Positions 11,806 to 23,717 of a stretch of DNA of 64,000 bases are shown here, in pieces (position 1 is the first letter of the stretch; each line of letters opens with the position of its first letter). The notes beneath the pieces were generated by a model that saw only the letters and a list, made by a program, of their open reading frames with translations, did no database searches and had not been told where the DNA came from. Source of the DNA: Octopus sinensis (taxonomy: Eukaryota); contig NC_043000.1 of the NCBI RefSeq assembly GCF_006345805.1, positions 2,108,001-2,172,000 of the forward strand, given 5' to 3'. A program made the translations under genes and the position numbers.

Positions 11806-12439
11806 ATGAAGTTTAATTAAATTAAGACTAACGTTTGATAAAAGCAAATCTTAAAGGATAGAACTGGCTTGAAGAGATTTCTCAAGGCATGTGTGCTGGA
11901 TATCAACCAACAAGCATCCAAGTCATGCTTTTATGACCTTTCTATAGCAGTGCTTGATTGTTTAGTAGATGACCTCATTATTTCAGTAGATAACTTCACT
12001 GGTTGACTAGGCACTCTGATTGGTTGATTAGATGCTTTCAGTAGTTGAATAAATATTCCATTGGTTCATTAAATGTCCTCATCGGTTGGGCAGCTTTCCC
12101 CTTTAGATATTAAATATTTTTTGATTGCATAGTCTGAGCAAGAGGCCACTGACCATAACATTTGTAGACCTACTTAGATTGGTGATGTTAAATGTTCATG
12201 CTGTTGTTGCTGGAAATTTAAGCAGGTTGATATATGTAAGGAAAAATTAACTAGGAAGTCTTAGGATCTATGTTTTTGAGAAGAGATTGGTGGTGGGTGG
12301 GCATTTAATATGGGCATTTAATATGGGCTTTTGGTTTAAGGGAGGTACTGTAGGCATGTTGAGATGCAGAGAGATTAGTAACATTAGAAATAATGTTGAG
12401 TCAGTGGTTGCAGTGAATAGGGGTTTGTTACTCAGTTAT

Positions 12440-12658
12440 CTTTTTATCTTTGACTTGTTTCAGTCGTTGGACTGTGGCCATGCTGGGGCACCACCATCAA
12501 GGGTTTAGTCAAACAAATTGATTCTCAGTACTCTTTCTTTAGCTTAGTACTTATTCTATCAGTCTCTTTTGCTGAACTGCAAAGTTACAGGGTTGTAAAC
12601 AAACCAATACCAGTTGTCAAATGGTGGTGGGAGACAAACACGAAGACAAGCACATATG

Positions 12659-12690
<32 letters not shown>

Positions 12691-12830
12691 TGACAAGATT
12701 CCATGCAGTTTCCATCTGCCAAATACACTCATAAAGCATTAGTTGGCCTGGGTTATAGAGGAAGACACTTGTCCAAGGTGCCATGCAGTGGGACTGAACC
12801 TGAAACCGTGTAGTTTCAATGCAAGCTTCT
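12440..12830 (-). mobile_element. Family-B SINE (diverged)
   Basis: Reverse complement of the family-B consensus blocks. Confidence 0.75.
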
Positions 12831-13089
12831 TGTAGTGTTTATGTCATTCCAGATATGTGTGTCAGTGCCATATAAGGTAAATTGCCTTGCAAACAATAAA
12901 TGTGTGGTTTGAATTCTATAAGTGAACCTGTTCTGCTGTGTGATTGCAGTGCCCTAGCATGACCCTAACCTGCTGGAAATCAGTAGAAGAATACCCCAGG
13001 ATGGGTTTCTTTCAGTTATAAATGCATGTATATATATATAAATGTGTGTGTGTATATATATATATATAAACTTGCTAAGAAGGTTTAGA

Positions 13090-13141
13090 AACCACCTGAA
13101 GAATGTCTAAGATGTGCTGACACGAAACGATCGTAGTGGTT
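13090..13141 (+). ncRNA. Type-I hammerhead ribozyme motif (Penelope-like-element type)
   Basis: aaccac-CTGAAGA-atgtc(taagatgtgct)gacac-GAAA-cgatc-GTA-gtggtt: 6-bp helix I, canonical core, palindromic helix III acgatcgt; flanked by (TA)n. Confidence 0.8.
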
Positions 13142-13244
13142 ATTCATTTGATAAATTTTAATTATATAAATTATTTTATATTTTATGTATTGGCTTAAGT
13201 CTTTCTTTGTTTGATTTGCATAATAGTGGTTTTGTCTCTAATTT

Positions 13245-13274
<30 letters not shown>

Positions 13275-13282
<8 letters not shown>

Positions 13283-13768
13283 CTGTGTTTATCCCCCCAA
13301 CATTGCTTGACAACCGATGCTGGTGTGTTTTGCGTCCCTGTAACTTAGCGGTTCGGCAAAAGAGACCGATAGAATAAGTACTAGGCTTACAAAGATTAAG
13401 TCCTGGGGTCGATTTGCTCAACTAAAGGCGGTGCTCCAGCATGGCCACAGTCAAACAACTGAAACAAGTAAAAGAGTATGTGTATGTGTTAGTATGTACC
13501 CTTGTCTTGGGTATGGTTGTATATGAGTGTCTTGTCATACAAGTGATGTTGTCCTTTTCCAGTCTTCTGTGGCAAACATGCCTATTGAAAAATATTATCA
13601 CATTTCCAGTCTTATGTGAAAATCATGTTTGGTCATGAGAAAATATTATCTTGCTTGGAAACGAATACAGGTTGGTGACAGGAAAGGCACCTGGTCATAG
13701 CAAATCTGCTGCCACAAATTCTGCTTGACCCATGCAAGCATGGAAAAGTAAGCATTAAATGATGATGG
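13275..13768 (+). mobile_element. Family-B SINE 3' half followed by an older family-E SINE body with an RTE-type tail
   Basis: B tail ends at ~13475; then gtcatacaag..aaaatattatcttgcttggaaac..gacaggaaaggcacc..catgcaagcatggaaaag..(tga)n. Confidence 0.7.
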
Positions 13769-13981
13769 TGTACTGTCTTGCTTTTGTTATGAGTTTGAGT
13801 GATTACATTTTGTGTTGTTATTCATGAGCAGAGACTATGTATCGTTGTGTTGTTTTGTGAATCTTTAATCATAGTTCAGCCCTGATTGAACAGATTATAT
13901 GATCACAGGTATTTTAACCATGTTCATCATATCCTATCTTTTTGTATATCAGGGTTTACATTGTCCATTCAGTGATTTTAT

Positions 13982-14213
13982 TCAACCCTTTAGCATTCAG
14001 ATTACTCTATCAAATGCTATAATCAATTATTCATATTGTTTTGAATTAATCATGCATTATGATGTAGCTTTGAGATTTCAATGATTTCAGCGATGTTTAT
14101 TTTTAGAAGGACATTGTAGGTTAGGTGTGATGGGGCCAGATCTTGCCACTTTGAACATATAGTAGGTAGAATATTTTGGCTGGATATGATGGGTTTAAAT
14201 GCTAAAGGGTTAA
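13982..14213. mobile_element. TTAA-flanked MITE
   Basis: TIR ccctttagcatt / aatgctaaaggg; flanks tcaa and ttaa. Confidence 0.8.
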
Positions 14214-15549
14214 GATAACAGGCTGTGATTTGAAGGCGCTTTGGCTGCTATTTCTGGCTGTTCAAGTGACCATGTAGATATAGTTAGTTTCTTTACATTT
14301 GTTGCAACTGCTTGCTGGTACTGCATACTGCAGAATGAGATTTGGTTGTTAAGTTGTTGTCAGCAGCTAGGCTTTGACTAAAAAGAATTTCGAAGCAGCA
14401 TACTAGTAATATGTAAATTTTGTCACTGTTCCAAAGACTTGTCACCATTCTGATGACTCAGCAGAAATGAGTCATGTTGAGTTTTATCAGGCAAATGGAA
14501 CTCCTGGAATTAACCTCCAGGGAATTTTAATATATTCCAGGATTACAAGAATACCTTTAGTGATAGATATTTACGACAAGCACTGAGACAAGGGACATAT
14601 ATGGTTATTTTCCCATAGCTAGGCATACTTTTCATGGATGACTGGAAATGAACAATGCTGCTTATTTGCAAGTATCATGTGATGTCTAGGCATGTGTGCA
14701 CACCAACACACAGAAGCAGTTTTACGCATCAATCTATCTTTTGTTAAGGAATGTCTTGCTTCAAACTTATTTGTTGCTGAGATATGTCAATTTTATTGAG
14801 GCAGTGTGACTTACAGAAAATGCGAGTTCTATTTTTTGATAGATAATTAACATCATTACCAGAATAACCAAGCAGTTTAATTTGGTAGCTAAATGGTTAA
14901 GGTAAATGGTAAATGGGTGGGGAAGGGGATATTGATGTAATTCCAGTGTGAAGAAGGTATAATCTGGTAGATAGTTCTGAGGATAATCTAGTTTGTGAAA
15001 ACACGTTGCATCTACATTTATTTAACAAGCTGAAAAGAGTTTTCTACAGGATCACTCACCTGCTAGAAATGATAACTATCTCTTCTGCAAATAATCATTT
15101 ACCATATTACAAAAATGACGCATTGAATAATATAGCCCTAGATAGTCCCACCCACACTAGCATGGAAGGCAGACGTTAAACGATGATGATGATGATGGTT
15201 GAATAAAGGATGGGCGGGAACACATTTGATCATAGGTCTGCTTGATCAGTGCTGACTCAGGGCTAAATAAAAACACTATCCCATCTCAGCTGTAAAATTT
15301 GTTATTGAGAAAAAAAAAACTCATCCAATGGTCCAATATTTACTGCAATGATTCAGATAAATGTCAGAATTTGAATAACTATCAAACCATTGCTATGTAA
15401 TAGCGGATGAAAAAGAATTTTAAAGTCCTTCTCTCTGTTTGTGGGTGGATTTACAATAAATTTTATATATGTATCTTCTCTCTCTCTCACTCACTCATAC
15501 ACACACACATGCACAAACACACATGCATGTAGATATGTATATAAATTCA

Positions 15550-15768
15550 TATGAGGGGCTGCTGAAAAGTTCCGGTCTTTGGGCAAAAGAAAATACAGGA
15601 GGATCAGTTAATTATGATTTTATACAACATATTCCCCTCTCAGATTCACACACTTATTGCAGTGGCCCTTCAGTTTTTCTAAATACTGTAAAAGAACTTG
15701 GAAGGCTGGGCTTCCAACTGGCCTTTTATGATACACTTAAAGCTAGGAACCTTTCAGCATACATATGT
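15550..15768. mobile_element. Tc1/mariner-type MITE (same family as 6037-6249)
   Basis: tatgaggggctgctgaaaagttcc..aaagctaggaacctttcagc; internal sequence collinear with the 6037 copy. Confidence 0.75.
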
Positions 15769-15813
15769 AAAACTTTGCATACATACACATACATTCACAC
15801 ATATACATACAGT

Positions 15814-15855
<42 letters not shown>

Positions 15856-15859
<4 letters not shown>

Positions 15860-16167
15860 CATGATCACCGTGACTGACCAGGCTATCAGATGTTGCTACA
15901 CATCGCTGGTCACAATGCGCTTTGCATTGTTTTAGCCTTCAAATGACGCCACCCCGCTGGCTGAGCGAGCAGGCCAACAGAAGAAAGAGTGAGAGAAAGT
16001 TGTGGCAAATGAGTACAGCAAGGATCGCCACCACCCCCTGCCGGAGCCTCATGGAACTTTAGGTGTTTTTGCTTAATAAACACTCACAACGCCTGGTCTG
16101 GGAATCGAAACCATGATCCTACAACCGCAAGTCTGCTGCCCTAACCACTGGGCTCTTGCGCCTCCAC
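15856..16167 (-). mobile_element. Family-A SINE, full length
   Basis: Head gtggaggcgcaagagcccagtgg through tail gtcacggtgatcatggtgat, in (TA)n. Confidence 0.9.
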
Positions 16168-16445
16168 ACACATACACGTTTATAATTCAAATATATGCTA
16201 AGTGCTTAGATGTGTGAGGGACACCAACAAATAGTTGTAGTTCACATTTCAAGACTGCTGAGCATGTGCTTTTCTTCCCAGTTCCTTGCTTTTGTGATAT
16301 TTCAATTGGCCATTGGTATTAATAAAGACATGTCACATGAAGCAGTAGACTCATCTAAGGTATTAGCTATTTTCTTAATTAGTTAATATCTATTTGTTAA
16401 TACTTCAGATATATGCAAAATGTTGAGTTGAGCCAAAGACTGCTA

Positions 16446-16446
<1 letters not shown>

Positions 16447-16486
<40 letters not shown>

Positions 16487-17652
16487 TATAGAGGCCTTAT
16501 ACAGCTGGAAAACTACTATAAAATAACCACCATAGGACTGCAAAAATACCTACTTCAGAAGGAAGGAAAACTGATCCAGATAGCAGCAAAACACGAGCAA
16601 AACAAAAAACTGTTCTCAGTATTTAAGGAAGCTGACAAATACAAACAAGAAATCATACCACCTAATAAACACAAAGAAGAAGAAGAAGAAGATGATGAAG
16701 AAACAACAAAAGCTATAAAACAATGAAATCCAAACTAAAAATAGAACAGCAACGAGCCATGATAAAACGATGGCAAGAAAAGCCCCTTCATGGTAAATAC
16801 TGGACTAAACAAAACGCAAAAGAAATAGACAAAGAAAAATCCCAGCAATGGTTGAGAAGCTCAGGACTCAAAGCAGAAACAGAGGGATTTTTAATTGCAG
16901 CACAAGACCAAAGCCTCCCCACCAGAAATTACCAAAAACATGTAATGAAAAGAAATATTACAAGTAACTGCAGAATATGTGGAGATGGACAAGAAACAAT
17001 AAATCATATTATCTCTAGCTGCCCAGTCCTGGCTAAGAAGGAATATATTCACAGACATGACAGAGTTGGAACCTACATACATTGGAAGCTATGCCAACAT
17101 TATGGAATAACAACAGAAAAAAGATGGTATAGGCACACACCAGAAAAGGTCACAGAAAACGAGAAAGCAACCATACTCTGGGATATGCCGATACACACAG
17201 ATAGAGAAATTAAGGCCAACAGACCAGATATAGTTGTCAGAGATCATGTAGAAAAAAAAATGCTTTCTAATTGATGTATCAATACCGGCAGATGACAACG
17301 TGTCTCTAAAAGAAATGGAGAAACTCTCAAAATACAAAGACCTGGAAATAGAGGTAACTAGAATGTGGAACCTGAAAACAGAAACAATTCCTATCATAGT
17401 AGGTGCATTAGGCATGATAAAAAAATATTCAGACAAATACATAACAAAAACACCAGGACTTACAAACACATATAACGTACAGAAAATTGCACTACTAGGC
17501 ACTGCACACATCCTACGCAGAACACTTTCCATACAATAACCATCAGAGCATCACAACAAATCACAGCACATACCCAAGGCACACAGAGCTGCGCTCGGTA
17601 GTGAAGTGAAAGCACGCTATAAAAATAAAACTACTGAATAATAATAATAATA
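16447..17652 (+). mobile_element. 5'-truncated R4/Dong-clade non-LTR retrotransposon (zinc knuckle + restriction-like endonuclease), frameshifted, in (TAA)n
   Basis: Joined frames give KPLHGKY..AETEGFLIAAQDQSLPTRNY, CRICGDGQETINHIISSC (CCHC), RHDRV, RPDIVVRD..LIDVSIP..EKLSKYKDL..PIIVGALG. Stop at 17539, ~100-bp 3'UTR, (AAT)n on both sides, no RT domain. Confidence 0.9.
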
Positions 17653-18057
17653 ATTGTGTACAGTGCTCAGGTGCACTACAACTCATCTAAAGTGTATATA
17701 TAATCAGGTGTAGTTTCGGTGGATTTCGGAAAGCATGAGGGCCTTAAAGGATGCAGTTTTAGTTCATGTTACAAAATGGACAGTGTTTGCTGTATGAGGC
17801 TGATAACAAACTCATGCTTTACAAGACTGACAATTTGTGGCTTCTTCTTTGTGGTAATGACTGTTTGGTTAAAACATTTGCTTCCCAACCATTTGATTTT
17901 AGGCTCAGTACTATTGCGTGGCAACTTAGGTAAGTCTCTTCTATTATAATCTTTGACTGAGCTCAGCCTTCTGAGTGGATTTGGTAGATGGAAACTAGAA
18001 AAACCCCCATTTTGTGTGTGTGTGTATATATATTTATATATATATATATATATATAT

Positions 18058-18478
18058 ATCTTTTACTCTTTTACTCTTTTACTTGTTTCAGTCATTTGAC
18101 TGCGGCCATGCTGGAGCACCGCCTTTAATCGAGCAACTCGACCCTGGGACTTATTCTTTTGTAAGCCCAGTACTTATTCTATCGGTCTCTTTTGCCGAAC
18201 CACTAAGTAACGGGGACATAAACACACCAGCATCGGTTGTCAAGCAATGCGAGGGGGACAAACACAGACACACAAACACACACATGCACACACATATATA
18301 TATATATATACATATATACGATGGGCTTCTTTTCAGTTTCCGTCTACCAAATCCACTCACAAGGCTTTGGTCGGCCCGAGGCTATAGCAGAAGACACTTG
18401 CCCAAGATGCCACGCAGTGGGACTGAACCCGGAACCATGTGGTTGGTAAACAAGCTACTTACCACACAGTCACTCCTA
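18058..18478 (-). mobile_element. Family-B SINE, full length, young
   Basis: Close match to the other B copies; (GAGTAAAA)n tail. Confidence 0.9.
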
Positions 18479-19292
18479 TATATAACAGCAAAATAATAAA
18501 TAAAACACATACATATATACATACATATATGTACGTACCTACATCTATATGTATATATACATGCATATATGGGTACAGGACACCAAAAAAACGTCAAACA
18601 CAATGAGAAACAAAAACATAAAAGCAGAACCATGGAAACGGACATTTTTTAAAAACAACAAAAAAACAGGGTACAAGACATACAACACAAGGAAAATTCC
18701 CCTTCTTCAGCCGCCTCCGTTTCGTCTACTCCGTGTTTCGAAGGTAAAGGCGAGACACGACATACATATATCCATATATCACATGACCATGTGATATATA
18801 TCCATATATCACATGACCATGTGACCAACCAGACTATTGCTGGTCACAGTGCACTTTGCATCGTTTTAGCCTTCGAATGATGCCACCCTTGTGGCTAGAT
18901 GAGATAGCCAACATTCCCCTCTTATCAAAAGGGGTGCTGAGACAACGTGAAATGAAGTGTTTTATTCAAGAGCACAATGTGTCAACTGGTCTGGGAATGA
19001 AACCCATGATCTAGGGATTGTGAGTGCAACAGCCTGACCCCTATGACCGTGTGTGTGTCTTTGCCTTGACATTGTATGATAGGCATAACAGTTACAAAGC
19101 AAGCATCACCATCGTACAAGTTGTATTTTTTGTTTCCAATCTTTTGTGGAAACATATCTGGTTGTAGGGAAATATTACCTTGCTTGCAAATGGCTGAGAA
19201 GTGGTAACAAGAAGAGTATCTTAAAAATTTCCTCACTAAATTTCACATTGCTTCAGTTCACTCAGTTGGCAAGAATCAGTGGTACCTGTTTT

Positions 19293-19521
19293 TTAACCCT
19301 TTCGTTACCAACCCAGCTGAAACCGGCTCTGGCTCTGTTGTACAAATGTCTTGTTTCCAAAAGTTCTGAATTAAAATCTTCCACCAAACCTTAGTCACAA
19401 TAAATGTTCCTAACACTAGCTTAATGATAACTAAGTTATTTTAGTAAATTCTTTGTTATATTTAAAGTAATAGAAAAAAATTAAGAGCATCTCAAAATAA
19501 ATACAGCAACGAAAGGGTTAA
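19293..19521. mobile_element. TTAA-flanked MITE
   Basis: TTAA-ccctttcgttac .. gcaacgaaaggg-TTAA. Confidence 0.85.
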
Positions 19522-19561
19522 AGGGCTAGCCTTGTTACACTTGGTGTCTCTGAGAATTACA

Positions 19562-19729
19562 TTAACCCCTTACCCAACAATTATTTTGAAAATAAATGTA
19601 TTTTTTCAGACATATTTTTTAATTGTCAATTTTGGCGAGTCTATCTTTTGACGAGTTAACTCGCCAGAGATAGAAAAAAACGATTTAGGTCAAAAGGCAT
19701 ATATTCGTTTCTGCCGGGTAAGGGGTTAA
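19562..19729. mobile_element. TTAA-flanked MITE inserted in a SINE body
   Basis: TTAA-ccccttaccc .. gggtaagggg-TTAA; flanks rejoin as gagaattacattaa..gtggagtgttcagccac, matching the reverse complement of 36100-36150. Confidence 0.85.
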
Positions 19730-20390
19730 AAGTATGTTTGTGGAGTGTTCAGCCACTTGCATGTCAATATCATGAGCAGGCTGTTCTGTTGATCAGATCA
19801 ACTGGAACCCTTGTCACCATAACTTAAGAAGTGCCAGTATTATGTACATGTGTGAATGTGTGCAGTGTGTGTGTGTGTGTGTGTGCCTCCTTGTCTTGAC
19901 AACACATGATAGTTGTAAATGAGTGTTACTCTAATATAAGAAAAGCCATTCATATCCAATATTCTGCAAAAACATGTGTGGCCATGGGGAAATATTATCT
20001 TGTTTGAAAACAAGTGAGAATTGGTGACAAGAAGGGCATCCAACCATAAAAAAATCTACTTCAATAAACTCCATCTGACCTGTGCAGGTATGAAAAAGAG
20101 GATGATAAAACAATGATGATAACATCAATCTAAATCTTGATGTAATGATAATTTTCTTCTGGTCCTGTTCATTTGCACAATATACACACATGTGTAAATG
20201 TTGATATATAAATTATTGATGTGTGTAGAATATGTACCTTCATGTATATGTGTGTTTGTGTAAGTATAGATGTACTGTCTATAGTTTGTATTTATGTTGT
20301 ATTTATGTGTATAAAAATTTACACACATGCAAATATAGTGGGTGCGTTGATATACATAAATTATGTATGGATATATTTGCATGTAATTTC

Positions 20391-20424
<34 letters not shown>

Positions 20425-21065
20425 CCATATCTGTGTGTGTGTAAGTTAATATTTACAGATCTGTGTATATGTATGTAGAGTTGTGTGTGTGTTGTAGATG
20501 TGTAGTTTCTTATATACACATCTGTGTATATGCACACAAGTTTTTATGTACATAGCTTTTGTGAGTGTGCATGTGTGCACTTTCCTATTTGGATATAAAA
20601 ATGTATATGTATTGCATCTGTAGATTCATATATATATATATATATATATATGTGGGTGTGTGTGTGTATGTATATATGAGTAAATTCATTAATACATAGC
20701 CGTATGTGTATGTGTTAATACATATGTAGAAATATATATATATAGATATATTTTGGAGCTTTATCAGCAATTTCCAAGGCACACATACATACACAAACCC
20801 ATGCACCTCCCTGTGGGCAATGACCTTTATCAAATCTTCATATAAATTTAATGTTTCAACTACTTAATGGTTATGTTTGTGAGTGTATATATTTTGTGTC
20901 TGTCTTTATACATGTGTTTATATGTATGCATACATATATAATACACATACATACACATACCATATATAACGGGAAGCTTTATGAAAATAGACAAAAGACG
21001 AAGGCAAGTGGAATACAAACAAACAATTGTATTAGTATGGCGCTCAGGAATATAAATAAAACAAG

Positions 21066-21103
21066 TCTTTTACGTTTCGAGCCTACGCTCTTCAACAGAA
21101 AGA
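21066..21103 (-). ncRNA. Minimal type-I hammerhead motif, variant core
   Basis: Minus strand: tcttt-CTGTTGA-A-gagc(gtag)gctc-GAAA-c-GTA-aaaga; helix III is the 4-nt palindrome ACGT. Confidence 0.7.
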
Positions 21104-21247
21104 TACACAGAAAAGAAACACAGAAAGAAACAAGGAGAGAAAAAAAATGCGTGCAGAGGCTAGCGAATCAACATGGCGATCTGATTTCGGCCAGAAGTCA
21201 AAGATCAAACGTGAGACGCAAGAGCGGAATTAGGGGAGATAATAGGG

Positions 21248-21306
<59 letters not shown>

Positions 21307-21321
21307 CATACACACACACAG

Positions 21322-21364
<43 letters not shown>

Positions 21365-21843
21365 TAAAGAAAGGTATGAACAAAATAGATAACACAAGAG
21401 GGAGAAATTGCACACACACACACACAATATACGATGGCATGGCTGAGTGGATAAAAAGTTCATTTGACAATCCAGAGGTCCTGGGTTCAATCCACTGCAT
21501 AGGATCTTGGGCAAATGTCTTATTATATTCTTGATTTAACCTGATTCTTGAGAATGAAATTGGACAAACGGAAACTGTTTGGAAGCCCATCAGATGGACT
21601 GAGCCTCTAATTCAAAGGTTCAGCCATGTCACATTGCATGGTACTGATTCTACATGAGGATTACATTAAGGGTACATGTGTCTATGGAATACTCAGCCAC
21701 TTATGTGCCAATTCATTTATGTATACACACACTCGTGTGTGTGTGTGTATGTATATATGTATGTGTGTGTGTGTATGTATATATGTGTGTGTATATATAT
21801 ATATGTATATATGTGTGTATATATATATGTGTGTGTGTGTATA

Positions 21844-21879
<36 letters not shown>

Positions 21880-22726
21880 AAATGGATGTTTTATAAAACT
21901 ATTCTGGACATACAATAACAGCCATACCAACAATCCAACACACCCCCATCATCAGCTGCCCTACAGATATCACTATGGTTTCGACACCTGGGCAGTACCA
22001 CTCAATATGGCAGTGTCAACAGCACTAAAATAAGTGTTGTTTGAGAACAAGCATACCTTAGGTATCACCAGATAAAAATTCAGAAATTTAAACGTAAAGT
22101 ATGAACGAGAGCAAGTAGTGTCCACATGTTGATGGAACGACATTACGATTTTCCTTAGACACCCGGCTGCTTTGGTGACTTCCAGAATTTCTATATGTTC
22201 CAATTCTTATTCTGTGTACCATAAAATCAATCATCTCAATCTACTTGATTTTTATATTTTAAAAAAGGATTGATGTAACTCTTCACAAAGGTAAACAGTC
22301 AAGACGAAGAGCGCAATTCAATTGTAAGATATTTTATTGAAAAAGTAGCGTGGTTAGTCATGGCTGGAATAACTTTGTTCATAACTGTTCTATGAACATA
22401 AACACTAACAATCATTATCCAAAGAAAAAGACTATATGGTCTGATAAAAATAGTATCCAAATCCCCCTTACACTCTACCAATTTTAGAGAAGGACTCACT
22501 AAACAATTCTATCCATGAGTATACAAATAGACAAACTGGTCACAGTTTGACTGCTTTGATAATAGGTTTTTTACTGCAGGGATTTTCTTAGTCTAAACAA
22601 CAACAATAATAACCAATGTATGAACAGCCAACGAAGAAGCCTCTATGAAGTTATGCAACCTGTGGGAAGTAATTGCTAAATTTCCCTCCATCATACTCTT
22701 ATATTATGTTTAGTATATTCTTATAT

Positions 22727-23044
22727 GTGGAGGCGCAATGGCCCAGTGGTTAGGGCAGCGGATTCGTGGTCGCAGGATCGCAGTCGCAGTTTTGATTCCC
22801 AGACTGGGCATTGTGAGTGTTTATTGAACGAAAACACCTAAAGCTCCATGAGGCTCTGGCAGGGGGTGGTGGTGATCCCTGCTGTACTCTTTTTGCCACA
22901 ACTTTCTCTCACTCTTTCTTCTGTTGGCCTGCTCACTTAGCCAGCGGGGTGGTGTCATTTGAAGGCTAAAACAATGTGAAGCGCATTGTGACCAGTGATG
23001 TGTAGCAACATCTGATAGCCTGGTCGGTCACGGTGATCACGGTA
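22727..23044 (+). mobile_element. Family-A SINE, full length
   Basis: gtggaggcgcaatggcccagtggttagggcagcgg .. ggtcggtcacggtgatcacggt. Confidence 0.9.
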
Positions 23045-23275
23045 ATATTCTTATATAAAGATGACTGAGATGGTCAAGGGTGGAATGCCATTGGTCATAG
23101 TTCTGCTTAATATGAGCTGATGTAGAGTTAAACTCAATTCCAACACCACTAATGTATAAAGTTACGAATGTTTTACTGAACTCTTCCAAAACCTTGATTA
23201 TTTAAAAAATCACTTGAAATACACTGGCAATTTACTTATTAGAAATATATATACAGTTTTAGATGTTGTTATTGT

Positions 23276-23717
23276 TTAATCCTTCAGCATTCAGATTACT
23301 CTGTCAAATGTAATACTTATTTATTCCCATTTATTTTGAATTGATAATGCATTATCTCATACCTTCTCAATTTCGATGATATGATTGTTTATTTTTAGGA
23401 TGACATTGTAGGGTAGGTGTGAGAGGCAGGATCTGGCCTTGTTTTGAATTAATCACGCATTATCTCATAGCTTTGAGATTTCAATGATGTGATTGTTTAT
23501 TTTTAGGATGACATTGTAGGGTAGGTGTGAGAGACAGGATCTGGCCTTGTTTTGAATTAATCATGCATTATCTCATAGCTTTGAGATTTCAATGATGTGA
23601 TTGTTTATTTTTAGAATGACATTGTAGGGTAGGTGCTGGAGGAAGGATCTGGCTGCTTTAAACACAAAACAGGTAGAATATTTCAGCCAAATACATGTTT
23701 AAAAGCTAAAAGGTTAA
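23276..23717. mobile_element. TTAA-flanked MITE with an internal ~108-bp unit triplicated
   Basis: Same family as 13982-14213; ttgttttgaattaatc recurs at 23439 and 23547. Confidence 0.8.

Noticed and set aside
11830-12430. Complex non-SINE block that might be a decayed retroelement ORF
   Set aside because: No motif could be read in any frame
14450-14476. CTGATGA overlapping the atgactca/tgagtcat hairpin
   Set aside because: No GAAA in the required position and no helix I
18695-18750. Possible type-II hammerhead on the minus strand (GAAAC upstream of CTGAAGA)
   Set aside because: Helix I does not pair in this copy or its relatives
20851-21534. Longest ORF (227 aa)
   Set aside because: It runs through microsatellites and the antisense of a hammerhead cassette; no protein signature
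22727-22810. tRNA-like sequences at SINE heads
   Set aside because: A/B-box-like motifs only, with no complete cloverleaf, and they continue into SINE bodies
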